Both the position numbers and the translations under genes were made by a program. Under the pieces are notes generated by a model that saw only the letters and a list, made by a program, of their open reading frames with translations, made no database searches and had not been told where the DNA came from. A stretch of 61,907 nucleotides of DNA from Theionarchaea archaeon (lineage in GTDB: Archaea; Methanobacteriota_B; Thermococci; Methanofastidiosales; SZ-28-30): positions 1 through 61,907 of the forward strand of contig JACVGW010000007.1 in NCBI GenBank assembly GCA_018992565.1. The letters run 5' to 3'. Shown in pieces: positions 1-7,986 of the stretch (position 1 is its first letter; each line of letters starts with the position of its first letter).

Positions 1-849
1 AGATTGAAATCGTTCAAAACTATACATTGGGGAGGATACACGAAGATCGTGTATTATCCCCTTTTTTTCTAATTGCAGTATGCTGTCAATCTCAAGACGT
101 TTCTCAAAGAACAGGTTCAGGAGCATGGTGTTATCAATCCTATATACATAACTGGATCTGTCAATCTTTTTCAGTTCCTCCACAAACCCAGTCTCATAAT
201 CCGTTTCAAAAGAAACGAAATAAGGAGTGTAGTTCCCATAGCCATTGGGAAAGAAAGGGATCCAGATTGAGCAATCCCTCAGAATCCTCTTGTAGCTGTT
301 CAGGATTTTTCTGTGAGAGACTCCAAGTGCGCCTCCGATCTTAGTACTTGATTCAGTGGGATCCCTCCTTCTCTCAAAGACGTCCCAGTCGAAAGAAGAC
401 CAATCAGGTGGGGCCATACGAGGCAGTTTTCCTGGTTCATGAAGGCAGGGATCAATATTCTGTATCTCATTTTTCTGAGGGTAACTCGGAAAAATGCATT
501 TAGCATATGTCAGGTTAGTTCCTGTATCGCTTGCTGAAAAACACAAGAGTGAATGGGCCCCCAGTAACAGGACTGCATAGAAGGTGTCTTCATGGCTACT
601 TACCTTCTCAAACTGCTCCACAAGGGGAACGTGCCTGTATTCCACAAGTTCAACTCTGACCTTCTGTATGCAGAAAATACGGGGAGGAAATATGATCTTT
701 TCCTCTACTGCCTTATTCAAGAGTCGGAAGGTTGATTGCTTACGGTTAAACGGCTTGTACCATCGGTGAAATTTCGAGTACCTTACTTCCTTCGTCTCGA
801 TGCAATACTGAACATATGCATAGACAATGTCCAAATGGTGCGCTTCCAT
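1..849 (-). CDS. Hypothetical protein, 3-prime partial (runs off left edge); repeated HTH-plus-small-domain layout, possibly Lrp/AsnC-like
   Basis: Own minus-strand translation gives an uninterrupted frame from ATG at 849 to base 1, with an in-frame TGA at 967-969 upstream. Sequence: MEAHHLDIVYAYVQYC...PPDWSSFDWDVFERRRDPTESSTKIGGALGVSHRKILNSYKRIL...YVYRIDNTMLLNLFFEK. It is missing from the ORF track because no stop lies inside the window. Confidence 0.5.
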   Translation of the reverse strand, partial: MEAHHLDIVYAYVQYCIETKEVRYSKFHRWYKPFNRKQSTFRLLNKAVEEKIIFPPRIFCIQKVRVELVEYRHVPLVEQFEKVSSHEDTFYAVLLLGAHSLLCFSASDTGTNLTYAKCIFPSYPQKNEIQNIDPCLHEPGKLPRMAPPDWSSFDWDVFERRRDPTESSTKIGGALGVSHRKILNSYKRILRDCSIWIPFFPNGYGNYTPYFVSFETDYETGFVEELKKIDRSSYVYRIDNTMLLNLFFEKRLEIDSILQLEKKGIIHDLRVSSPMYSFERFQS

Positions 850-1816
850 GTAGGAGAAAATTAATATAAATCCTATATAAATCTTCCGTAGGTGTATCCC
901 GTTTTTCAAACAGGATTGTGCACATGGACTGAGATGCAGGCTGCGATAATCCGCCCCACTTAACCTTCATCTCAGCTTCCAGAAGCAGGGAGTTGAAAGA
1001 AGCGGAGGGTCGAAATGAACTTGAGAATGGAAGCTTTGGGACAAGGCTGCCAGAGCAGTCTCCCTACCAGAACTGGTGGTGGAGACAAAGACCTTTTGGG
1101 TACCAATGAAGGTTCGAAAACGAATTCTAGCCATCTTAACTCAGCCTGTGTGAGCTATAGGACTTTTGTGGGATTAATGAGGTTTCTCCTGACAGTGAGG
1201 AACCCTTCCCTCTGATATCAAGACCGAGAGAGCGGGGAGATTGAGGACTGTGCTGAAGTGGGCAGATTCACATCTTTCACCTCCCTTTCAGCCCTTGACC
1301 CTAAAGCTCTTTTGGTCCGGGGAAGGTTCTTCCTGGAGTTGAGTGTGAAATTCCAAGAAATGAGAGAATTCCTCACGTACGAGAAAAGAAATCCCTTGAC
1401 AACCTGACGGTTCTGTCCTGAATGGATTGCAGAACCTGTATCCACAGAAACACGTGAAGGTGTTGAGGAGATAGAAAATCTCAGAGATGGAGAACTTTCT
1501 AGTGACTACTGATGGGAATAGAGCGAGCACGAGAGAACCCACTCAAGTCAAAGAATATTGAAAACTCTCTGAAACTGGTAAATCCATTGGTAGAGACAAA
1601 GCTGGCCTATAAACCATGAAAAAAGCAAGAAAAGAAAGAGAAAGAGAAAAGAAGGCCAGGGTGCACTGGAGGAGCACAGAATGTGCTGGGATGCAGGCTG
1701 TCATTTTGTATAGGTAAGGACTGGAGTACGTTGCTTTTGACACTAATGTGAAGCTTAAAGGCTTCATCGAAACGTATTTAAATCTACTCAAGCTCTGTGA
1801 GCATGGAGGGAATCAT

Positions 1817-2857
1817 ATGAACAAAAGTATGAAGATGCTGTTCACCCTGGTAGTGCTGTGCTCCCTTGCACTGGGATGCATTGGACAGGAGGAAGAAACC
1901 ACCACTCCTGCACCGACTTCTACACCGGAAGCCCCTGCAATGAAGATTGCTGCTGTTTTTGCCACTGGTGGACTGGGAGACAAGAGCTTCAATGATAGTT
2001 GTTACGAAGGTATCAAGAAGGCCAAAGAGGATTTTGGCATCGAATTCGATTATGTTGAACCCACAGCCATTGCTGAATACGAAGGATTCCATAGGCAGTA
2101 TGCCAAATCCGAAGAATATGCGCTGATTATTGGTATTGGATTCGACCAGGCAGACGCCATCACTGCTGTTGCAGAGGAATACCCGGACCAGAAGTTCGCC
2201 ATTGTGGACATGGTGGTAGACAAGCCAAACGTGGCTTCTCTGGTATTCAGAGAGAATGAAGGTGGCTTCTTGGTTGGTGCAGCTGCGGGTCTGAAGACTG
2301 AGACTGACATGATCGGGTTTGTAGGTGGAATGGACATCCCCTTGATTCGCAAATTCCTGGCCGGCTACAAGTTTGGAGCTGAATATGTAAACCCAGACGT
2401 AGAAGTCACATGGAAATATGTGGGTGACTGGGTGGATCCTGCAAAAGGGAAGGAGCTTGCCCTTGCACAGTATGACGCAGGCGCAGATATCATATTTGCC
2501 CCTGCCGGAAGGTCCGGTCTGGGAGCTATCCAGGCGGCTTTTGAACGAGACAGGCTGGTCATTGGTGTGGACGCAGATCAGTGCGACACTATTGAGGGAG
2601 TGCCTGTGACGACCTTCTTGTGCAGCATGATAAAGCGCGTGGACCTTGCTGTGTATGAAACCATAAAGCAGGTTATTGACGGTACCTTTGCAGGTGGAGT
2701 TAAGAGCTTTGGTGCAAAGGAGAATGGTGTTGGCGCTTGTGACCACCTACCTGATGACATAAAAGACATTATCGAGGATTACAGGGAGAAAGTCGCATCT
2801 GGCGAAATCAAGGTTCCCACTGGTATTGACGAGGCCGGTGAATACACCTGGGACTAG
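1817..2857 (+). CDS. BMP-family (PnrA/Med-like) ABC transporter substrate-binding lipoprotein, nucleoside-type
   Basis: Internal ATG at 1817 preceded by GGAGGG. Signal peptide with lipobox (LVVLCSLALGC), Thr/Pro linker, then BMP-like core (AAVFATGGLGDKSFND, GFVGGMDIPLIRKF). Same strand as the cognate ATPase and permeases downstream. Confidence 0.9.
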   Translation: MNKSMKMLFTLVVLCSLALGCIGQEEETTTPAPTSTPEAPAMKIAAVFATGGLGDKSFNDSCYEGIKKAKEDFGIEFDYVEPTAIAEYEGFHRQYAKSEEYALIIGIGFDQADAITAVAEEYPDQKFAIVDMVVDKPNVASLVFRENEGGFLVGAAAGLKTETDMIGFVGGMDIPLIRKFLAGYKFGAEYVNPDVEVTWKYVGDWVDPAKGKELALAQYDAGADIIFAPAGRSGLGAIQAAFERDRLVIGVDADQCDTIEGVPVTTFLCSMIKRVDLAVYETIKQVIDGTFAGGVKSFGAKENGVGACDHLPDDIKDIIEDYREKVASGEIKVPTGIDEAGEYTWD

Positions 2858-2860
2858 TAC

Positions 2861-2892
2861 TTCTTCTTTTTACTTTTACTTTTTTGTTCCAA
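2861..2892 (+). terminator. Oligo-T tracts after the binding-protein gene (archaeal intrinsic terminator candidate)
   Basis: acttcttctttttacttttacttttttgtt lies directly after the stop at 2857. Confidence 0.3.
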
Positions 2893-3143
2893 GGTTCTGT
2901 CCAAGAGGCAGCTTTTTCTCTATTTCCTCTCAGGTGAACACTCTAGCTCCTTCTGACATGTGGTGATGCTCTCTGGAGAAATGAGAAAGAAGGTCATTTC
3001 ATTGAGAATCTCTGTATTTGACCTCAAATCAGCAAAAACAACTCGAAATATTAAGAATAATTGTCCTTAAAGACTACAAGTTATTCCAATTGCTCTTATT
3101 CAAGTACTATAAGAGTGATAATATTTGTAGAATTCATAGAAAT

Positions 3144-3158
3144 GGAAAAGTATTTAAA
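3144..3158 (+). promoter_or_regulatory. Candidate BRE/TATA (ggaaaag tatttaaa) for the small-peptide/radical-SAM cassette
   Basis: An AT-rich TATA-like octamer at 3151-3158 lies about 40 nt upstream of the ATG at 3199. The predicted transcription start falls just before the SD-like aggaagtgg at 3185-3193. Confidence 0.3.
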
Positions 3159-3198
3159 GATAAAAAGAAATCTTATACAACAATAGGAAGTGGAACCT

Positions 3199-3306
3199 AT
3201 GAACATGACTATCCTCATCGAAGCAGAAGAGCAAATCATGGAACCTCTGTGCATCACGGAAGGAACTGGCTCGTGGTGCTGCAAAATTTGCCACCCCTAT
3301 GTATGA
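3199..3306 (+). CDS. Candidate RiPP precursor peptide, 35 aa: MNMTILIEAEEQIMEPLCITEGTGSWCCKICHPYV
   Basis: Own translation; the ORF is below the track length cutoff. An SD-like aggaagtgg lies 6-14 nt upstream. The N-terminal half is acidic and Cys-free, and the last 18 residues carry 4 Cys (C-x8-CC-x2-C). It ends 52 nt before the first radical SAM/SPASM gene. Confidence 0.55.
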   Translation: MNMTILIEAEEQIMEPLCITEGTGSWCCKICHPYV

Positions 3307-3358
3307 GTCCATAAAAAAGGCAGTTCAACCTGCCTTTCTTTTTTCCGAGGTGAACCTC

Positions 3359-4702
3359 ATGAAAATATCCAACTTCAACATGATCATTCCCACAGAGACT
3401 CCTGGAGAATATCTGCTGGCTAACATGATGAGCGGTGCAGTAATAGGAATAGACGAAGAGCTGAAAGGAGCTCTGGAAGCTGAGAATCTTGACGTTCTGG
3501 ATTCTAGCTTACTCGAATCCCTAACAAATCTCAAGGTGATCATAGAAGACGACTTTGATGAATTCCGCAAATTCAAGGTGGGATATGAATACAGAAAATA
3601 TACAGTTGAATTTCCCCATTTCATGCTCATAACGACATATGCCTGCAATCTAGCATGTCCGTACTGCTATGAAGGAAAAGGAGAGCTCTTTCACGGGACA
3701 ATGAATGCTGACACCAGAGAAAGAACTATAAAATTCATAAAGAGGTATGTGGAAGACACCCGCGCACGAGAATTCTCTATATCACTGTATGGTGGTGAAC
3801 CACTCCTCAACTTCGATGACTCAGTATATATTATGGACTCCTGCTTTTCCTGGGCAGAAGAACGGGGAATACCATACGTGACAATGATGGTAACAAACGG
3901 TACCCTGGTCACGCCTGAAATAGCTGAAACATTGAAGCGGTACCACACAGACTATGTGCAGATCACGCTGGATGGTCCCAAACGCATCCACGATACCAAA
4001 CGATTCTATAAGAGTGGAGGAGGTACTTTTGACGACATGATGCAATCAGCTCGCATTCTGCAGGACCATGACGTCGGAGTGAGCTTCAGGGTGAATGTGG
4101 ATTCTGAAAGCAGGCCTTTCATCGGTGAACTGCTGGATGAACTTCAAGAGAGGGGATTCAAGAACGTCCCTGTGCGCTGTGGTACAGTCGGGGCATCGAC
4201 TCAAGCATGCAAGGACTACTCCAAGTGCATCAAAGAGGAAGAAGCCCGCGAAGTACTTGCTGAATTCAGAGATATTGTGGATCAAAAAGGTCAAACAGCA
4301 GCTGTCATTCGCACTCACAAGCCAGCTCACGTATTCTGTGGATTCTTAGGAGAAGGAACGTTCATCATAGATCCTCATGCTGATCTCTACAAGTGTCTCA
4401 CCTTTGTGGGGCAGAAGAGCCATTCAATTGGCCATATCTCAGAAGACGGTACTGTAAAAGAGTACACATGGGCATACTACGACTGGATGAGCAGAGATCC
4501 CCTGCAAATACCAGAGTGTCGCGAGTGCAAGATGCTGCCCTCCTGTGGTGGGGGATGTGCTGCTATTGCTTACGAGAAACACGGGACATACCATGCAGTT
4601 GGATGCTATGCACCGTACCAGGAAATGAAACATCAGCTTCGATGGTATCTCGAAAAGAAGCTTCCCGACAGGTTCAAGGCGGGAAAGATTGTCTGGGTTT
4701 GA
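3359..4702 (+). CDS. Radical SAM/SPASM-domain peptide-maturase-like protein 1
   Basis: CX3CX2C motif (ACNLACPYCYEG). C-terminal SPASM signature Cx2Cx5Cx3C (CRECKMLPSCGGGC) plus upstream FCG...YKC and a trailing VGC. About 95-aa N-terminal extension (YLLANMMSGAVIGIDEELKGAL) typical of peptide-binding maturases. Start chosen at the ATG after GAGGTG; an alternative ATG at 3299 overlaps the precursor stop. Confidence 0.9.
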   Translation: MKISNFNMIIPTETPGEYLLANMMSGAVIGIDEELKGALEAENLDVLDSSLLESLTNLKVIIEDDFDEFRKFKVGYEYRKYTVEFPHFMLITTYACNLACPYCYEGKGELFHGTMNADTRERTIKFIKRYVEDTRAREFSISLYGGEPLLNFDDSVYIMDSCFSWAEERGIPYVTMMVTNGTLVTPEIAETLKRYHTDYVQITLDGPKRIHDTKRFYKSGGGTFDDMMQSARILQDHDVGVSFRVNVDSESRPFIGELLDELQERGFKNVPVRCGTVGASTQACKDYSKCIKEEEAREVLAEFRDIVDQKGQTAAVIRTHKPAHVFCGFLGEGTFIIDPHADLYKCLTFVGQKSHSIGHISEDGTVKEYTWAYYDWMSRDPLQIPECRECKMLPSCGGGCAAIAYEKHGTYHAVGCYAPYQEMKHQLRWYLEKKLPDRFKAGKIVWV

Positions 4703-4707
4703 TCATC

Positions 4708-6036
4708 ATGCAGAGATCAAAGTACTGCTTTATTATCCCATGCAAAGAGGAGTATCTTGTATATAATACAATCAACGGGTCTCTGGCGGTGATTGATTCT
4801 GAAACGTATGATGTCCTCATGGCAGGGAAAGGGCCCCCTGAGGTAGTTGATGCGCTGTCACAGCAGAGACTTCTCATAGAGGATGCCTGTCAAGAGATGG
4901 ACATGGTGCAGGCCTCATTGGAAGAGAAGAAGTGGCGTCCCCCCTCTACAGGATACCGGGGATCTCCTCTTGGAAGAGTGGCATTTTTGAACTTCATTAT
5001 CACTCACGAGTGCAACTTGAACTGCAGTTACTGCTACAGGAATTCTTCTACCTGCTCCGGGCACATGAGCCAGAACGTGGCAGAAAGAGGGATAGCATTT
5101 GCTGAGAATCAGATTGCATCAGACATTGACACGCTTTTTGTCAGTTTCTACGGGGGAGAACCATTCCTGAATCAAGAGCGCATGGCTTTCATCGCTGAAA
5201 CCTTGCAAGAAGTGTGCAACGAAGCAGGTGTCTCTCTTTTGATCAAACTCTTCACCAATGGGACTCTCCTCACTGCCGAGCAACTTGACCAGCTCTCACA
5301 GTTCACTGTAGCAGATATTCATATCACTCTTGATGCACCAGAGCGCTATCACCACACCAGGAGAGTTTTCCATGATGGAACCAGCAGCCTTCAATCGGTT
5401 GTGCAGGGTGCCCACTGTGTTGAAGACAGGGGCATGAACCTGATATTACGAATTAACATATGGGAAGACAATATCATCCCTTTTCTTGAAATGTTGAGAG
5501 GAGCTGGCCTCGAGAAGGCCCACATCTATTTTGGGACAGTCACTCCACGCATGGATTACTGTACCCACTACTACAGCTCCTACGGATATCCGGGGACTTC
5601 AGATCTTTTCAGTGAGGTCATGGGGATGGTGATCCACAAGGGGTTCACTATACTTCCTTTTGGAATAGGAGTGTATTTTTCTCTGTGTGCTGGTGTCACT
5701 GACTGGTTTCACATCATTGATGTGGATGGCCGTGTTTACAAGTGCATGTCTCTGGTGGGAGATGCCCGCTATGCTGCAGGGTCTTTGGACTCTCGGGGTT
5801 CATTGAAAAAAACACCTGCGTATTACTCGTGGATGGCCCGCAACCCTTTGATTATTTCTGAATGCAAGAACTGCGTTATGCTTCCCCGGTGTATGGGTGG
5901 ATGTCCTGCCATTGCATTGAGAGAGAAAGGAACACTCGATGCTCCTGGCTGCTTTACTGTGGATTTCACCAGGCAGGTCTACGGGTTACCACAGGTAAAA
6001 ACATACATCAGTAGGCACAAGGAGGGCCATGAATGA
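4708..6036 (+). CDS. Radical SAM/SPASM-domain peptide-maturase-like protein 2
   Basis: Starts MQRSKYCFIIPCKEEYLVYNTINGSLAVIDSETYDVL, 5 nt after the previous stop. CX3CX2C motif (ECNLNCSYCYRN) and SPASM CKNCVMLPRCMGGC. The first 105 codons of the track ORF 4393..6036 overlap gene 1 out of frame and are not credible. Confidence 0.9.
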   Translation: MQRSKYCFIIPCKEEYLVYNTINGSLAVIDSETYDVLMAGKGPPEVVDALSQQRLLIEDACQEMDMVQASLEEKKWRPPSTGYRGSPLGRVAFLNFIITHECNLNCSYCYRNSSTCSGHMSQNVAERGIAFAENQIASDIDTLFVSFYGGEPFLNQERMAFIAETLQEVCNEAGVSLLIKLFTNGTLLTAEQLDQLSQFTVADIHITLDAPERYHHTRRVFHDGTSSLQSVVQGAHCVEDRGMNLILRINIWEDNIIPFLEMLRGAGLEKAHIYFGTVTPRMDYCTHYYSSYGYPGTSDLFSEVMGMVIHKGFTILPFGIGVYFSLCAGVTDWFHIIDVDGRVYKCMSLVGDARYAAGSLDSRGSLKKTPAYYSWMARNPLIISECKNCVMLPRCMGGCPAIALREKGTLDAPGCFTVDFTRQVYGLPQVKTYISRHKEGHE

Positions 6037-7850
6037 TACTGAACTGTCTGCCCCCTTACAGCTACGACATTCCCAATCCAGCTTTAGGGTATCTGAAGGG
6101 GTTCCTGCAATCAAAAGGAATCCCTGTGACAAATGTCTACTGGAATCTAGTGCTTGCTGAGGAGTTATCAAAATTCCAGACTCATATTGGGGACTACCCC
6201 GTGTTTTCATCCCTATCCTCTCTTAATACTCCAGTGCTGTATGCAGTAAGACACCTCTCAAGTCGTCACCGCGAGAAGACCGTCCTTGACCAGTATTTTT
6301 CACCATACTTTGACCACGGGAAGGAACCCACTTTTGTCGACTCGCTGCGGACAAAAATAGATGACTATATCTACCAGAACAGCCTGCACAAAGAGTCTCT
6401 AGCAGGATTCACGTTGAAAACATACCAGTGGCTTCTGGGCTCCCATATAATGAGACGGCTGAAAGAACTAAATCCTCATATGCAGATTGTCATAGGAGGG
6501 CTCCGCAATAGTGAACAGGCTCAGACCTTCATGCGGTTTTTCACGCTGGCTGACTACGCTGTATGGGGAGAGGGAGAATATCCTTTGTTCCACCTGGTTC
6601 AAAGTATACGAGAAGGAACGTTCAATGAGGTCCCTCATCTGGTGTACCGGGATGGTGCTGCTATCACTTCCACAGAAAAGGATTCCGAAAATTGTGACCT
6701 GGATTCATACCCGTTTGCGGACCACACAGACTATTTTGCAGCATTGAATGCCTGCATCCATGAAGATATGCGAGTCATCATCCCCATATGGGGGTCACGC
6801 TCATGCCCCTGGAACAGGTGTAAATTCTGCGTCTTGAATGAAGAGTTCTCATATCGAGCCCGGTCTCCTGAAAATATCGTTGAAGAACTGGAATACCAGT
6901 CCAGGAGATATGGGTGTGACACCTTTGTATTTGTAGATACCGAACTTCCTGGTAATACGAAGCGATTCGACCATCTCCTGGCCCTTATTGTAGCAAGCTC
7001 GGAAAGAAGGGGACGTCCCTACTGTCTCTTTGCAGAGGCATCTCCTATCTTTGTTAATCCTGACACAGTACAGGCCATGAAGAAGGCTTGTTTTGAAATT
7101 GTGCAGATTGGGTTTGAAGCAATGACCGATGGCCTCTTGGAGAAAATGAAAAAGAGACACTCTTTTGCTCATAACATTCAGGCTTTAAAGCTAGGAGACC
7201 AATACGGCCTTGAGATTAAGGGGAATTTTATAGCAGAGACGCCGCCTGAAACTGAGGAAGACGTTCTGGAGAGTTGTGTGAATCTGAAATTTCTGAGATT
7301 TTCTCTGAGGAAGTACTCCATTGTCCCCAAGTACTTCACACTGTACAAGGGATCACCATACTACAATGAGATGTCAGAATATGAAAGAGAGGCCTACGAC
7401 AAAGACCCTATGTGGGCAGAGGTTGCATCGGTTTTACAGCTGCCAGACAGCGAGCGGTTTGAATTCTTTGGATTCTTTGCAGGGAAAATCCGCCATTACC
7501 TCTTGTGGAATACGTTTCAAAGACTTCTGCAGTTCTATTCACGAACAGGAAGTGATTATCAATGGACAGAATATCCCGATTATTCCTTATTTGAAGAAAA
7601 AGGATCAAGATCCCTAGACTTTTCCCTTAGTAGAGATGAGACTGATGTTCTGGTTTTCTGCGACAGCATAAAATCATTCACCCAAGTACAGCAGCACTTT
7701 TCCCATCTGGAGGAGAAAAAGCTTCTGCACGTATTGGAGATTCTGAAAGAGAGGGGGTTGCTGTACTGTGACCGGTCTCTTGGGAATATTATCTCAGTAG
7801 TGAGAGCAGATGAGAGAGTGATGAGTACAGAGCTGGAGAAAAATCACTGA
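6033..7850 (+). CDS. B12-binding-domain radical SAM protein (RiPP-maturation rSAM type, TIGR03975-like)
   Basis: ATGA start/stop overlap with the previous gene. The N-terminus MILNCLPPYSYDIPNPALGYLKGFLQSKGIPV and IVIGGLRNSEQ resemble a cobalamin-binding Rossmann part. Cys triad SRSCPWNRCKFC, followed by a long C-terminal domain. Confidence 0.85.
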   Translation: MILNCLPPYSYDIPNPALGYLKGFLQSKGIPVTNVYWNLVLAEELSKFQTHIGDYPVFSSLSSLNTPVLYAVRHLSSRHREKTVLDQYFSPYFDHGKEPTFVDSLRTKIDDYIYQNSLHKESLAGFTLKTYQWLLGSHIMRRLKELNPHMQIVIGGLRNSEQAQTFMRFFTLADYAVWGEGEYPLFHLVQSIREGTFNEVPHLVYRDGAAITSTEKDSENCDLDSYPFADHTDYFAALNACIHEDMRVIIPIWGSRSCPWNRCKFCVLNEEFSYRARSPENIVEELEYQSRRYGCDTFVFVDTELPGNTKRFDHLLALIVASSERRGRPYCLFAEASPIFVNPDTVQAMKKACFEIVQIGFEAMTDGLLEKMKKRHSFAHNIQALKLGDQYGLEIKGNFIAETPPETEEDVLESCVNLKFLRFSLRKYSIVPKYFTLYKGSPYYNEMSEYEREAYDKDPMWAEVASVLQLPDSERFEFFGFFAGKIRHYLLWNTFQRLLQFYSRTGSDYQWTEYPDYSLFEEKGSRSLDFSLSRDETDVLVFCDSIKSFTQVQQHFSHLEEKKLLHVLEILKERGLLYCDRSLGNIISVVRADERVMSTELEKNH

Positions 7851-7986
7851 ACTAGACCAGTCAGAGAACTTGAGAGACAGAGGTGCCAGGCTCTATAGGA
7901 GCTGTCCGCTGTTACCATGAGAGTCCATCCCCTCCAATATTGCCGTGTGACATGCAACCGGTAGACTTTTTAAGGGATGTGCACTT

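Noticed and set aside
964-1134. 56-aa minus-strand mini-ORF MARIRFRTFIGTQKVFVSTTSSGRETALAALSQ...
   Set aside because: It is too short, has no recognisable motif or SD, and may be a fragment of a decayed gene.
1288-1791. Two same-frame minus-strand ORFs separated by a single TGA at 1543-1545, considered as selenocysteine read-through
   Set aside because: The translated sequence is low-complexity and not protein-like. I recognised no SECIS-like structure and there is no family resemblance.
1784-2746. 320-aa antisense ORF inside the BMP binding-protein gene. Similar long shadow ORFs occur at 10518..10985, 14519..15103, 18136..18852, 30847..31389, 39298..39909, 44777..45328, 47684..48232, 48931..49329 and 49583..50086.
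   Set aside because: Each lies entirely opposite a gene with clear family motifs. Their composition is not protein-like (Cys/Ser/His-rich, low complexity) and they lack SDs. They are frame shadows of the real genes.
3018-3314. 98-aa ORF covering the intergenic region upstream of the radical SAM genes
   Set aside because: It has a TTG start, no SD, and a low-complexity basic sequence. It overlaps the much better supported 35-aa Cys-rich ORF in another frame.
4393-4707. N-terminal 105 codons of the track ORF 4393..6036
   Set aside because: This stretch overlaps the 3-prime end of radical SAM gene 1 in another frame, and its sequence is not protein-like. The maturase-type N-terminus starts at the ATG at 4708.
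7923-7970. 15-aa mini-ORF MRVHPLQYCRVTCNR after the B12-radical SAM gene, considered as a second precursor (coordinates approximate)
   Set aside because: It has no SD, is very short, and shows no resemblance to the upstream candidate precursor.
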